From assembly GCA_965644315.1 (NCBI GenBank), contig CBFFRQ010000047.1, positions 1 through 64,000 on the forward strand: a stretch of DNA of 64,000 nt, read 5' to 3'. Every line of letters starts with the position of its first letter. Within the stretch, counting starts at the first letter, position 1. The position numbers and the translations under genes were made by a program. Below the pieces are notes generated by a model. That model made no database searches and was not told where the DNA came from. It was given only the letters and a program-made list of their open reading frames with translations. This DNA is from Caecitellus pseudoparvulus. Lineage: Eukaryota; Protista; Bigyra: Bicosoecida. Positions 35,101 through 44,990 of this stretch are shown in pieces.

Positions 35101-38100
35101 CACCCTCAGGCAGCGCCGTCATGGTGCCCACGGGGGGGCCCGATGAGCCCTGGCGCGTGCTGCGCCTGCCCATCGGAGATGGGGACCTGAACGCCCCTCG
35201 GAACAAGTCCTCTCAGCTGAAGGCCATCCGGGACACCATCTCATTCAAACCAGGGGACCCCATGGGGGACGTGTACCCCCTGGATGCGCTGGGTGGGGGG
35301 GAGGCCGGTGTGGTGGGCCTGCGCCTGGCCATGCGAGCGGCGGGCGAGGCAGCGGCGCAGTTCATGCAGGGCACACACGTGCCCTGGCGCCAGGGCCGGG
35401 CCGTCCTCACGCGCAAGCACCTGGAGGGCCTCAACACCAGCCGGGAGGTGATGGCGGGCGTGGCGCGGGGGCACATCCCCCCCGTGGGTCACGCATTGCA
35501 CCCCATCCCCCGCCCCCTCCGCCCGCTGCTGGTCATCGAGCCACTGGACTTTGCCAACGACTGGGGGTACCTCCTCCTCACCTCCCTGCGCAGGGGGGTG
35601 GACATGTACACCGACGCACGCGGACGCATCATCCCGGCGGCTGCCGATGCTGGCGTGCCACTGCAGGCAGGCACGGCGTTCCGCCCGGGGGCAGTGGGGG
35701 CCGCCGATCGCCCCTCCTCCGCTGTGAACGCCGCCCACAGCACAGGCACCGCCCAGGCGCGGGGTGGCGCCGTGCTGCCCCCGATCACAGACCTGTACAA
35801 CAGCGTGTACGATGCGCTGCGCCGGGAAATGGCTCAGTTCCTGGACAAGGAGGTGGCGGCCAACCGCCGCCGCCTGCGCCGTCAGTCCTCCAAGCGCATG
35901 CGACGGGGGCGCACAGGCAGCTTCCGGTCCATGGGGGGAGGTGCGCGCACGGGCAGCTTCCGGTCCCCGACGGGGGGCAAGCCACCCCTCACGTCCACCA
36001 GCCACGCGCCCACATCCCCCGCTGCCCAGTCACCCACCTCCCCCCCCCGGCGTAGGTCCAGTTGGGGCACCAAGGTCTCCACCAGCATGGATTCGTCAGG
36101 GGAGGAGGAGGAAGAGGGGTGGGGAGTGGCCACCGCCACCGGCACCACCGGCCTCGGACCCACCCTCATCTCCCCCTCCTCCGGCCGTGCCCAGCCCCTC
36201 CCAGCGCAGTTCACGGCACGTGTGGCGGCGAACTCTGCCCTGGCCAACGCCTGGCTCATGAAGGACTCTGCCTACGAAGGGTACGCCCTGCAACGCGCCC
36301 AGGCCGCGGCGGCGGAAGCGGAGGCAGCGACATCCTGGACCCTGTCGCCTCGCGCCGGCACGCCCACCTCCACTGCCCAAACGCCAGATGGGGCGTCCCC
36401 CGCCGCAGGCGCCTTCACTCTCACCTCTCCCGCGCCCTCCGTTTCGCCCATCACACCACTCCAGGCAGGGGACGTCGCCGTGCCTCTGTCAGTCTCGCTA
36501 GACTCCTCGCACGGGGGTGGGGCGGCGCGCCACACCCGCGGCCACGCCATGCCGCCCCCCGCACTCTTTGTCCCCGGCTCTGGCGCCGCACAGGGCTTCT
36601 CCCAGGCACCAGACGCGCTGACGTGGGAGACACGCCCCGACGCCGCAGCCCGGCGTGCTACACAGCTGCGCGTCGCGGGGCTCGTGGCTGGGCGAGAGCA
36701 CTCGGACTCGGACGGGGGGCGCTCCCCACAGCAGGATGACGCCAGCGACGGCAGCGTCTCCTCCGCCAGCAGCGCAGCCCTGGAGCCAGGGGCGGGAGCG
36801 GGGGACATGCCGCCGCCGCCGCTGGCAGCAGAGCAGCACGGGGCCTTCCACATCGAGCCCTCGCACGGCGCCCTGGAGACTGTCGAGGTGGCGGGCTCGC
36901 CCCATGATGAGGACGACACCAGCCGCATCCTGGGTGCGCTGGGCGTGAGCCAGGGTACTCCGCTCCCCCAACCTGCCCGAACGTCTGCGCCCACCCGCCC
37001 ACGGTCAGGCAGGCGCAGTGGCCGGATGGGGCTGCGCCGGCGGTCCAGTCGCCGCATGTCTGCCCGTCGCCCGCGCTCCGCCCGGACGGCGCCCTCCCTG
37101 CCGCCCATGCAGGAGGAGGAGGCGTTGTCGTGGATGCGGCAGTGGCTGGATGTGGCCGCCGCGGGGTTGCAGGGGGTGGCAGGTGCTGACATCCTGCCAG
37201 GGGGGGTGCACCACCGTACTCAGGGGGGGGGTGGCCTCGTAGACCTCAGCGTCATGCACCCCGCCCTGCTGGAACGCATGGGCATGGGCCAGTATGTGCA
37301 GGCCCTGGCGCAGGAGGGGGTGCAGTTCCGACCCCGACCCCCCCCCATCGTGCTGCAGGGGGGGGTTTACGAGCCCGACCGCCCCCCCACACCGCCACCC
37401 CCCACCATCACCGTCAAGCCTGAGCATGCGGAAGAGGGTGCGGGCGACACGGCAACCGCTGAGGCCAAGCTGTTTCCAGGGACCCCCCCTCTCACCCCCC
37501 TCGTGCCCCCCTCGCCCGGCAGCGTGGCCGAGTCCCTGGCATACAGCTCCGCCTCAGAGGGCAGCCTACGCAGCGAGAGGGGGTCCGCCGCTCGCCACCA
37601 CATGACCACCCCTCCCCCCATCGCCCTGCCTCTGGATGCCGTGGCGGATGGGCTGTCTGGGCGCCCCTCTGCCGCCACACTGCAGTACGCTTCAGGCGTC
37701 GTGCCGCAAGAGGCGCCGTCGCCGCCTCCCCCGGAGAGCCCCCGCAGCCCCTCCGCCGAGGAGCGCGAGAGCACTCTGCCCTCGCCTGCGCCAGAGTCCT
37801 CCCCGGCAGAGGGCGGGCAGGCGCCGGGCAAGGCTGCCAAGCCGCCCACGCCGCGCACCCGTCCCCTCGTCCCCGCCTGGGCCACCCAGGAGGGCGGTGT
37901 GACCCTGCACCGCACAGCCTCCGCCCCGCCCACCGAAGGCCTGGCGTGGAGGTGGCAGCTGTCCAAAGCGCTGCAGCTGTACGCCGTGCCTGGCCAGGCG
38001 CCCGGTGTGCCCTGGGATGACGCAGCGCTGGACATGCCCCGCGTACACTCGGACGGGTCCATCATGTCCCATCCCCTGCAAGTGGGGGGTGCTCCCACTG

Positions 38101-41100
38101 AGGGCAGTGACACTGGCCTCGGCAGCCGCCGCGTCGAGTCCCCACCTCACTCGCCTGGCCAGGAAGTGGGCGGCGGCGCACGTGCTGGGGCGTTGGCCTC
38201 CTGGGCCTCCGCCTCCGGTGCTTCCTTCTTCACACAGGACCACCTGCCCCTCCTGCTGCGTGTGCCGGCCCACACCCAGCTCCCGCTACCTGGGTCGTCG
38301 GTGCCGGAAGACGGGGAGGTGGAGGCTGCGCTCAGCAACCGCCCACATAGCGCAGGCGCCACCACTACGCGCGCCTTCCTCACACGCCCCGCCACCACCC
38401 GGGGACAAGGGCGCAGCTCGTGGGTGGTGCGGGGCTTCGGCCCCCGCGTCCTGCACGAAGCCGCCCGTATGCACCGCTCCACCTCCTTGCACCGGGCCGC
38501 GTCCCTGCCCGACCTCACCCCCCCTGCCCGCCTGCTGACAGAGCGCTCAGGCAGCCGCCAAGGCGCCGTGCCGCCTGACCTACAGGAGCTCCTGGCCACC
38601 ATGCTGGCGGCGCAGGGTGTGCCGGGGCAGTCACTGCAGGTGTGTCTGCGCAGCGACGTCACCTTCCACCACCCCGTGCCGCAGCCAACCCCGGCGCCTG
38701 CCCCCCCTGCCAGCCCCTTTGCTGCCTCGGAGCCGGTGCACCTGCCCCTGGCTACCCGCGACGCACCTGCACCTGCACCTGCACCTACACCAGCACCTGC
38801 AATAGCGTCGGCGCGCACACCCGCCACTCCCACCGCCTTTGCGGACAGGGCTGAGCTGCGACGCATCCCCTCCTCCACTGCCGAGTCCCTGGAGGAGGGC
38901 CAGGAGGGACCCGGCAGCGTAGCGCAGTGGGGCCGCAGTGGGTACAGCCCCTCCTCCACGTCCAGTCTGGCGGGCGCGGGGGGTGAGGCGCGCACCACGC
39001 CATCTGAGTTGCTGGTGCGAGAACCGGCCGACCCGCGCCCGGCCACACACACAGCAGCCGCCGCCAGGCCACACCGACCCCGCAAGGCCCCTGCCCGGCC
39101 CCGGCCCAGGAAGTACACGCTGGCGCCGGAGGTGGCGCCCTCCCCCCCTCGCCAGCCCAAGGTCCTCCTACAGGACCTGGCCAGCGGCCTGGACGCGACA
39201 TCGCCAGCCCCGCCAGTGGACTCCGACCCCACCCCCGCCCTGCCGCCTGTCCTGTCCCAGGCGCAGTGGATGTGGATGCAGCCGGAGCTGCAGCGCCAGT
39301 ACCTCCTGCAGGCAGTGGCGGAGCTGGACGCACAGGCCCTGCCCCCTGCCCCGGGCGGCGTGACGCGGGACATGCTGCCCTTCCTGCGCCGCGCGCTGAG
39401 CCAGCAGATCATCGCGCGGGAGACCATCCTCATGCGCCTGCGCACGTACCTCCGTGGCGTGCCCGCCGTCGGCATGCACTTCAGGCAGTTCGTGGCCATG
39501 TTCGAGCCGGATGCTGCTCTGGCCAGCACAGTGCTGGACCCGTCTGGTGCATCGCACACCGCTGACGCCACCCCAGAGCCGCCACTGCTGGACACGGTGC
39601 GAGAGTACCTTGCAGCCCAGGAGCTGGGCGGAGTCCAGCTGGGGCGGGATCAGCATCCGCAGCACTCTGTTGCCGCCGCCCCCGCCCGGCAGAGCCAGGC
39701 CCCCATGAGTCAGCATGTGTACGCTGCGTCACACCCCGTCATGCACCGCATGCTGACACACCTGCACGCTACCGGCCTCGCCATCGGCCGCCTCATTGCA
39801 CGTGTGCGCCAGCGTGCCCTGGCCCGCGCAAGCCAGGATGCTGGGGCACTGCCCACTGCACAGGCTGCCCCCGGCGGGGCGGAGGCTGAACGGGCCCTCG
39901 CGGCCACTGCCACGGCCATGGCACAGAGCATGCTGCCACCACCCGATGCGGCAGCACACCTGGTCAGCTTCGCAGAGGGCGCCGCGGAGCCGTGGTTCGC
40001 CTGTGAGCCGTACGTGGACAAGATGCGGCGGGATGCCGCTGATGCGTTTTACGTCGCCGAAACGCAGCGCATCATGCGCGGCAAGGGGCAGCCACCGCGC
40101 AAAGCCTCCGCCATCGGCGCCCTGGCCAGCGCCCCCTCCTTTGCCCGGGACACTGAGCAGGCGGCACACGACAACGCGCTGGAGGTGCTGACCATCACGG
40201 GCCTGCAGGGCAGTGCCACCGCGCGCTATGAGTCGGCTGTTGGCGGGCTGGACCCCATGGGCGGCGAAGTGGCTGAGGCTCAGCGGGGAGTCCGCCAGCG
40301 AGGAGGACCGCTACCCCCCCCTGAGGCGCGGGGGTTGCTGCGCCCCACCGTCGTCGCACCACCGCGGGAAGGAGAGCTGTCAGCCAAGCTGAGCCTAGAC
40401 CTGGATGTGGCTCCGCCTGTGCCACCCCACCCTCGAGGGGGGGAGGCGGGCAGTGTCACGTGGGTGGCGGAGGAGGGGGGGGAGGCGCTCGTGCGCCCCA
40501 CCCCCACCATGTACACCCGCAGGACACCCAGCGCCGCCTCTCCCAGCCACAGCGCGGCGGGTCGGCGTGGAGGGGGGCGCTTCCAGGACCTGCGCAAGCA
40601 CATCTACCAACGCCGCTCCCAGACAAACATACACAGCGCCACAGCTGGTGCAGACCCGCACCACCACCTGGTGCACCACCGTCGGCGTCAAGACCCGGAA
40701 GCCGACGCCGCCCCAGCGCCAGAGCAGACGCCTTCTCCTCACGATGCCGCCTGGATCGCCGCAGAGAACGCCAAAGCAGACGTATTCGGGGAGGAGGGGG
40801 GGGGCACTGCTGTGCCTGCTCAGCCAAGGGGCGGTGCCACCTCTTCCCCGGAAGCTGCCGCTCCCCCCACGCCCCTCGTCCCAGCCCACGTGTACATGAC
40901 GGAGGCACACACTGCGCCGGCTCAAGCTGAGGACAGCACGCTGGCCTACGTGCCCTCTGGTGTGGACATGCCTGTGCTGCTGCCCACTCAAGTTGCCGGG
41001 GCGCGGCGGGGTCGCCCGGCATCGGCGCAAGGCCGACTCCGCACTGCCCCCCCCGCACCGGCACCGCACAGTCAAGCCAAGTTCATTGTCTCTACACCCA

Positions 41101-41699
41101 GCACCCTGGCCCGTCTCAAAGCCCAGCAGCGGGCACAGGCACAGCCTCCTTCGCAGCACGGCCAGGCCCCCTCAGCAGGGACAGGGCGCACCCCCGCCCT
41201 CGACCGCCCCGCGTCAGCCCGCGCCAGGTACAAGGCCAACGAAGCTGCGCGGGAAGCTGCCCAGGAGAGCCTGGCCATGGCGGGCGCGAAGCTCCTCGCC
41301 CGGCAGAGGGCGCAGGCACGGCGGCGTGCCCGGCCAGCCAGCGGCAGGCGGCGCGCGAAGAGTCGGCGGAGCAAGGCGGCAGCAGAAGCGCGGGCCGTGC
41401 CAGAGCCAGACGTGGACTTCACCGGGCTGGGCCTCAGCGCCAGTGTGCAGCAGCTGCTGGCAGACCCCCAGGCCGTGGGAGGGGAGGAGCACGACTTGCT
41501 GTGGGATGACGCAGAGTCTGCGGCGCCGGACCCGGTGCCGGAGGAGCCGGATGGGAGCCAGGCAGCCACAGCCCGACACCGCCTCCGCGCCGCTGTGCAG
41601 GGCGCGCCCCCGCCTCAGAAGCCGCCGCCCATGGTGCGCCGGGGCGCCGACAAGCGAGGTGCACGCCGCCTGGTGAAGGCGCTGGTGGGCCTGCACTGA
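32103..41699 (+). CDS. Giant (~3,200 aa) intronless Ala/Pro/Ser-rich hypothetical protein
   Basis: 9.6-10 kb stop-free frame (open from ATG 31701; 32103 has the better gcaccATG context); mostly low complexity with helical islands; no domain confidently recognised. Confidence 0.75.
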   Translation: MQRRGNAGVESQAGSAAESLREVTDAALASRKNAYDVYAETQARFKRWFLEQYDAIGAIVDEEPGERPSMYARFVLSNRIALQAAGVQEETVAAQAPELQRAPSSTLRRVDGRVDYLRVTRARHAAERATHYHGALAGITSPATASQSQVREDMRRRIRYLRATAASSPSATLAMSGKLAEGPGPGADRSTASPVGGGSASPAAFSWDFTAQGGGRRRGLEPRGGAASHAPPAPASPGAASPTRPQPFTFHLAYQLAKQTSERARAQANGTFGDHHDAYDPRRQTLVGVGPGDERPVLPGTGQVLVTVDERPSSLTAKLLGVPPPLGTARLLRRRLAVMRAAAAREAAGALPTAVDIADAAAADSLAGDAQQRHLRAVFKRCERAAAELEGRTVPSSEPAAAALPSYDSEALPPVGSATYPAFAPSHVDAAAQGDPLHKLLSLGHLDSAVQEALAAFFTDPRSGSLAAYDSAVWHHLVQSLARYVSNPEGASRLMQRVNIVGGQTDAVPLREGLAAAASTVSRLGPSRDGSLASSLGAMSEGRLRAALAQATAAERRGEGASLPPPDSPQETPGAQAEAPGEAGSPSDTKGPAVFGFDLPRAVSLRELVESASQTALRHTMAALPPQARVAAREAWSTFADPEEDLTMAGLVAAAAAAEGGSGRSLAPSASASSLRVQATVLDAVLARRQELEAQRVARRHARLLEILTTRHEVNVEALVRQRETQLLRKYHPVARAAARAAAERIATRAQHLKARHGWGVLAGVRVAVRRMRALLGDAAVRQDLVLAVAPNGRILPLQELACLAAAAGAVVPSRVDADGVLVDARQPGRYHTGAVMRGAGGVSDKVGAATGRSVPDVPQEYLPHGYVVRDPEDYGRAVVTAAGVRLPHQAPERTLDLHLAGLHPSQTPQPHHALLLAGYVARRAADPPIVSTRPPGDDMTQDGIGVWPEESRVLLGPFAADHARGALPRGRNVLKYRPSADADGDLRTPDWFLREWGDPPSGSAVMVPTGGPDEPWRVLRLPIGDGDLNAPRNKSSQLKAIRDTISFKPGDPMGDVYPLDALGGGEAGVVGLRLAMRAAGEAAAQFMQGTHVPWRQGRAVLTRKHLEGLNTSREVMAGVARGHIPPVGHALHPIPRPLRPLLVIEPLDFANDWGYLLLTSLRRGVDMYTDARGRIIPAAADAGVPLQAGTAFRPGAVGAADRPSSAVNAAHSTGTAQARGGAVLPPITDLYNSVYDALRREMAQFLDKEVAANRRRLRRQSSKRMRRGRTGSFRSMGGGARTGSFRSPTGGKPPLTSTSHAPTSPAAQSPTSPPRRRSSWGTKVSTSMDSSGEEEEEGWGVATATGTTGLGPTLISPSSGRAQPLPAQFTARVAANSALANAWLMKDSAYEGYALQRAQAAAAEAEAATSWTLSPRAGTPTSTAQTPDGASPAAGAFTLTSPAPSVSPITPLQAGDVAVPLSVSLDSSHGGGAARHTRGHAMPPPALFVPGSGAAQGFSQAPDALTWETRPDAAARRATQLRVAGLVAGREHSDSDGGRSPQQDDASDGSVSSASSAALEPGAGAGDMPPPPLAAEQHGAFHIEPSHGALETVEVAGSPHDEDDTSRILGALGVSQGTPLPQPARTSAPTRPRSGRRSGRMGLRRRSSRRMSARRPRSARTAPSLPPMQEEEALSWMRQWLDVAAAGLQGVAGADILPGGVHHRTQGGGGLVDLSVMHPALLERMGMGQYVQALAQEGVQFRPRPPPIVLQGGVYEPDRPPTPPPPTITVKPEHAEEGAGDTATAEAKLFPGTPPLTPLVPPSPGSVAESLAYSSASEGSLRSERGSAARHHMTTPPPIALPLDAVADGLSGRPSAATLQYASGVVPQEAPSPPPPESPRSPSAEERESTLPSPAPESSPAEGGQAPGKAAKPPTPRTRPLVPAWATQEGGVTLHRTASAPPTEGLAWRWQLSKALQLYAVPGQAPGVPWDDAALDMPRVHSDGSIMSHPLQVGGAPTEGSDTGLGSRRVESPPHSPGQEVGGGARAGALASWASASGASFFTQDHLPLLLRVPAHTQLPLPGSSVPEDGEVEAALSNRPHSAGATTTRAFLTRPATTRGQGRSSWVVRGFGPRVLHEAARMHRSTSLHRAASLPDLTPPARLLTERSGSRQGAVPPDLQELLATMLAAQGVPGQSLQVCLRSDVTFHHPVPQPTPAPAPPASPFAASEPVHLPLATRDAPAPAPAPTPAPAIASARTPATPTAFADRAELRRIPSSTAESLEEGQEGPGSVAQWGRSGYSPSSTSSLAGAGGEARTTPSELLVREPADPRPATHTAAAARPHRPRKAPARPRPRKYTLAPEVAPSPPRQPKVLLQDLASGLDATSPAPPVDSDPTPALPPVLSQAQWMWMQPELQRQYLLQAVAELDAQALPPAPGGVTRDMLPFLRRALSQQIIARETILMRLRTYLRGVPAVGMHFRQFVAMFEPDAALASTVLDPSGASHTADATPEPPLLDTVREYLAAQELGGVQLGRDQHPQHSVAAAPARQSQAPMSQHVYAASHPVMHRMLTHLHATGLAIGRLIARVRQRALARASQDAGALPTAQAAPGGAEAERALAATATAMAQSMLPPPDAAAHLVSFAEGAAEPWFACEPYVDKMRRDAADAFYVAETQRIMRGKGQPPRKASAIGALASAPSFARDTEQAAHDNALEVLTITGLQGSATARYESAVGGLDPMGGEVAEAQRGVRQRGGPLPPPEARGLLRPTVVAPPREGELSAKLSLDLDVAPPVPPHPRGGEAGSVTWVAEEGGEALVRPTPTMYTRRTPSAASPSHSAAGRRGGGRFQDLRKHIYQRRSQTNIHSATAGADPHHHLVHHRRRQDPEADAAPAPEQTPSPHDAAWIAAENAKADVFGEEGGGTAVPAQPRGGATSSPEAAAPPTPLVPAHVYMTEAHTAPAQAEDSTLAYVPSGVDMPVLLPTQVAGARRGRPASAQGRLRTAPPAPAPHSQAKFIVSTPSTLARLKAQQRAQAQPPSQHGQAPSAGTGRTPALDRPASARARYKANEAAREAAQESLAMAGAKLLARQRAQARRRARPASGRRRAKSRRSKAAAEARAVPEPDVDFTGLGLSASVQQLLADPQAVGGEEHDLLWDDAESAAPDPVPEEPDGSQAATARHRLRAAVQGAPPPQKPPPMVRRGADKRGARRLVKALVGLH

Positions 41700-41735
41700 A
41701 TGCACAGACACTCTCACACACACATTCCCGCCCAC

Positions 41736-43400
41736 TCACAGCCGGGCCCGCATCAAAATGGAGCTTGCCAGGCGGGCGGCCCACTTGGCAGCAGGTGCAG
41801 ACAGGCGGGGAGGGGGGCGGGGCGAGTGCCCACCGGACAGAGCTGCCTGGACCCCGGCGCTGGGGGGGCGTGTCCAGCCCCCCCCCTTGACCAGGTCCAG
41901 GTGCAGATGGCGCCCCAGCGCCGCAACTGCCTCCTGCCCCGTCGTGTCGTGAGGGGACACTTTGATGGTGTGCCACCCCACCCGCGCAGCAGCCTTGAGG
42001 TTGGCGCCCAGGTCGTCCAGGAACACAGTCCGCGCAGGCACAACACCCAGCGCCCCAGCCACGTGGCAGTACATGGCGGGGTCTGGCTTGCGCAGGCCCA
42101 GCTTGTAGCTTTCGAAGACGCCGTCGAACAGCGGCGCGATGGCACGCAGAACGGCCCCCGTCTCACCCGATGGGTCGGGAAAGTTGTTTGTGCAGATTGC
42201 GGTGGCGACGCCTGCTTGCCGCAGGTGCAGCACGGCAGTCAGCATGGCTGGGCGCAGCTGCATGTCACGCGTGATGCCGGCCAGCAACCCTACCCCTGAG
42301 ACGCCAGGCAAGCCGTGGGCCTCGGCAGCCTTGCTGAAGGCCGTGTCAAAGCCAGGCAGGTCCAGCTCGCCCCGCTCCAGGCGCTGGAAGGGGCCCTCCT
42401 CACCCCCTCCCGCGATGAGCTTGCTCAGCGCCCCAGGCGGCAGCTGCAGCTCCCGCTCCACGCGGGACATGCCAGGAAAGGGGCTGGACATCAGCACGCC
42501 CCCCAAGTCGAACACGACGGCGTCCGCCACGCCGCCTGCCGTTGAGCCTGGCGCTGTTGCCTCGGTTGTTGCCTCGCCCCCAAACCCAGCGAAAGACCCG
42601 CCCCGCCCTGCACCAGCCGAGAAGGCAGCTGCGCCTGCGCGAGCCTCCGCCAGGCTGACGACGCCGTGTTCGTACTCTTTCTGCAGCGCCTCCGCCTGTG
42701 ACGTGCAGTCGGCAGCGTCCTTCATGGCTGCCAGATCTCGCCGCATGCACGTCTGCGGGAAGGCGCACAGCTGCTCAGCCAGCGCCAGCGCCTCGGGCAG
42801 GGCTGCACCAGAGGGCACCAGGCGGTGCACCAGGCCCATGTCCAGCGCCTCTGCCGCCGGGACCGGGCGGCCCGTCAGCAGCAAGTCTGCAGCGCGAGAC
42901 GCGCCCAACAGCGCCTGCAGCCGGACGGCGCCACCATCGATCAGGGGGACACCCCATCGGCGGCAGAACACCCCAAGAACAGTGCCCTCCTCCGCAACGC
43001 GCAGGTCAGCCCACAGAGCCAGCTCCAGGCCGCCTGCCACGGCGTGTCCAGACATGGCTGCGATGACGGGCTTGGACAGCCGCATGCGCGTCGGCCCCAT
43101 GGGCGCCTGGGACAGCTGCCCATGCACAGGGGGCAGGGGAGGTTGCACAACGTTGATGTTTTGTCCAGAAGCCACGGCCTTCAAGTCGGCGCCTGCACAG
43201 AACGTGCCGTGCGTGCCGGTCAACACAGCCACGCAGGCGTGCTCATCAGCATCAAATGCCGCAAAGGCGCCGGCAAGCAGCTCAGCGGTGGGGGCGTCCA
43301 CTGCGTTCCGAGCCCCAGGCCGATTCAATGCGATGATCCAAACCTTCCCATCATGCACCTTCTCCACCAGCACTGGTGCCTGGGAATCATCGCTTGCCAT
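41736..43400 (-). CDS. Enoyl-CoA hydratase (crotonase) fused to HAD-family phosphatase, C-terminal PTS1 (ARL)
   Basis: LNRPGARNAVD, FCAGADL, KPVIAAMSGHAVAGGLELAL, GVFCRRWGVPLIDGG; then HAD motif I VVFDLGGVL, motif II ICTNN, motif III LRKPDP, motif IV VFLDDLGANL; ends -ARL*. Confidence 0.9.
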   Translation of the reverse strand: MASDDSQAPVLVEKVHDGKVWIIALNRPGARNAVDAPTAELLAGAFAAFDADEHACVAVLTGTHGTFCAGADLKAVASGQNINVVQPPLPPVHGQLSQAPMGPTRMRLSKPVIAAMSGHAVAGGLELALWADLRVAEEGTVLGVFCRRWGVPLIDGGAVRLQALLGASRAADLLLTGRPVPAAEALDMGLVHRLVPSGAALPEALALAEQLCAFPQTCMRRDLAAMKDAADCTSQAEALQKEYEHGVVSLAEARAGAAAFSAGAGRGGSFAGFGGEATTEATAPGSTAGGVADAVVFDLGGVLMSSPFPGMSRVERELQLPPGALSKLIAGGGEEGPFQRLERGELDLPGFDTAFSKAAEAHGLPGVSGVGLLAGITRDMQLRPAMLTAVLHLRQAGVATAICTNNFPDPSGETGAVLRAIAPLFDGVFESYKLGLRKPDPAMYCHVAGALGVVPARTVFLDDLGANLKAAARVGWHTIKVSPHDTTGQEAVAALGRHLHLDLVKGGGWTRPPSAGVQAALSGGHSPRPPPRLSAPAAKWAARLASSILMRARL

Positions 43401-43544
43401 ACCTGATCAAGGCCACGGCGCAGGGCTGAGGCAGGGATTCCACTGGCCTGGCCGCCGCCAATGGCTTTGCTCTCCTTCACTCGGGGGAGTGCCCACGACC
43501 AGACACACCAAGCAGAAGGATCAGCCGACACGAAAATGCTGCAT

Positions 43545-44867
43545 TCACTGCGCTGCGCGCCAGACCACGTCCACCTCGTCGGTGCGGAAGCGCTGGGTGA
43601 CCCATGACTCCGCCAAGCTGTGCGACACGCCGAACTGGTGGGCCTGGATGCCTGCCTGCGCGATCATGGCGCCGTTGTCAATGCAGTACCGGAAGTCCAT
43701 GTCGAAGACCGACCCGCCTCTGTCCTTCACCATGGCCGCCATCATCTCCTGCAGCCGCTTGTTGCCTGCAAAGGGGAGGGGAGAGCTGTGTCGGCAAGGC
43801 AACGCAACGCAGCGCCGGCGCCTGGCGGCACGCACAGCCGACGCCCCCCACAATGAGGACCTCTTGCGCTCCAGAGTGCGCCATGGCCCGTTCTGTGATC
43901 TCCACTAGCATCGCAAACAGCGTCTCTTGCATGGAGAAGCAGAGGTCCGCACGGGAGACGCTGCCCGCCTTCAGCCCCTGCAAATACTTGCTCTTCGTGT
44001 ACGTGACGATGCCAGAGAACGACACGTCCATGCCTTTCACCACGTAGGGCAGGTCTAGGAGCTTGCTCCCCCTGCGAGACCAGAGCGTGGCTGTGGTGCC
44101 TGGTCACCTGAGACAGCTGGGCTTGCACCGTCGCACGCACTTCTTTGCCTCCTGCTCGATGTTGTAGCCGGGCGAGGGGGCGTTGGGGAGCCCAACCAGG
44201 CGGGCAAACCTGTCCAAGCAATTCCCGATCGCGATGTCGATAGTCTCGCCGAAAATGCGGTACCTGCGGTGCGGGACCATTTGGTGAAGGCATGGCTGCT
44301 GGATCAGCCGGCACGCCGGCCCACCCACCTGTGTTGGCTGTAACAGATGACCTGCGTGTTCCCACCCGAGACGTACAAGACAACTGGATTCACTGCTCCC
44401 GTCAACACGCGCCCCATCTCAATGTGCCCCACGCAGTGGTTCACACACACCAGCGGTACACGCCAGAGCTGCGAAAGCATGCGAGCCGCAACGGCGCAAG
44501 TCGTCAACGGCGCGCCCATGCCGGGACCTTTGGTGTAGCAAATGACATCCACATCACTTGTCTTGAGCTTAGCTTCCGCGAGGGCCACCTTCACTAGAGG
44601 CACAACGTGCTGGGCGGGCAGCGAGGCTCAAGGTGACAGGCAAGGGCAAACCAGTTTCCGCAGCCAGCATCGTACCTTCTGGTGGTGCCACGCCGTCTCA
44701 CGCGGCATAAACCCGGTGCCAGGAGGCGTGATGTACGTCTTTCTTGGGTTAGCCAGGATGTTGTACGACTCCCCATCCCACCGCACGATGCCCACGCCAA
44801 CCTTGTTGGCGCTGCCCTCGATGCCCAGCGCCACCATGGGCTTGCCGGGGACGGCCAAGTTGGCCAT
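43545..44867 (-). CDS. OSGEP: tRNA N6-adenosine threonylcarbamoyltransferase (KEOPS subunit Kae1)
   Basis: [81 protein letters not shown]; four introns. Confidence 0.96.
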
Positions 44868-44990
44868 GTTCAAGACTAGACCTTTCTCACAGCACAAAAA
44901 TGTGGAAGAGAAGGGCACCACTTGGCAGGTATGTATGAATTTGACTGGGCACTCTGCACTGCTCGACTCCAGTCAGCGCAGCCAGCCTGG

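Noticed and set aside
38763-38801. GCACCT hexamer microsatellite
   Set aside because: Ordinary (AP)n low-complexity linker within the giant ORF.
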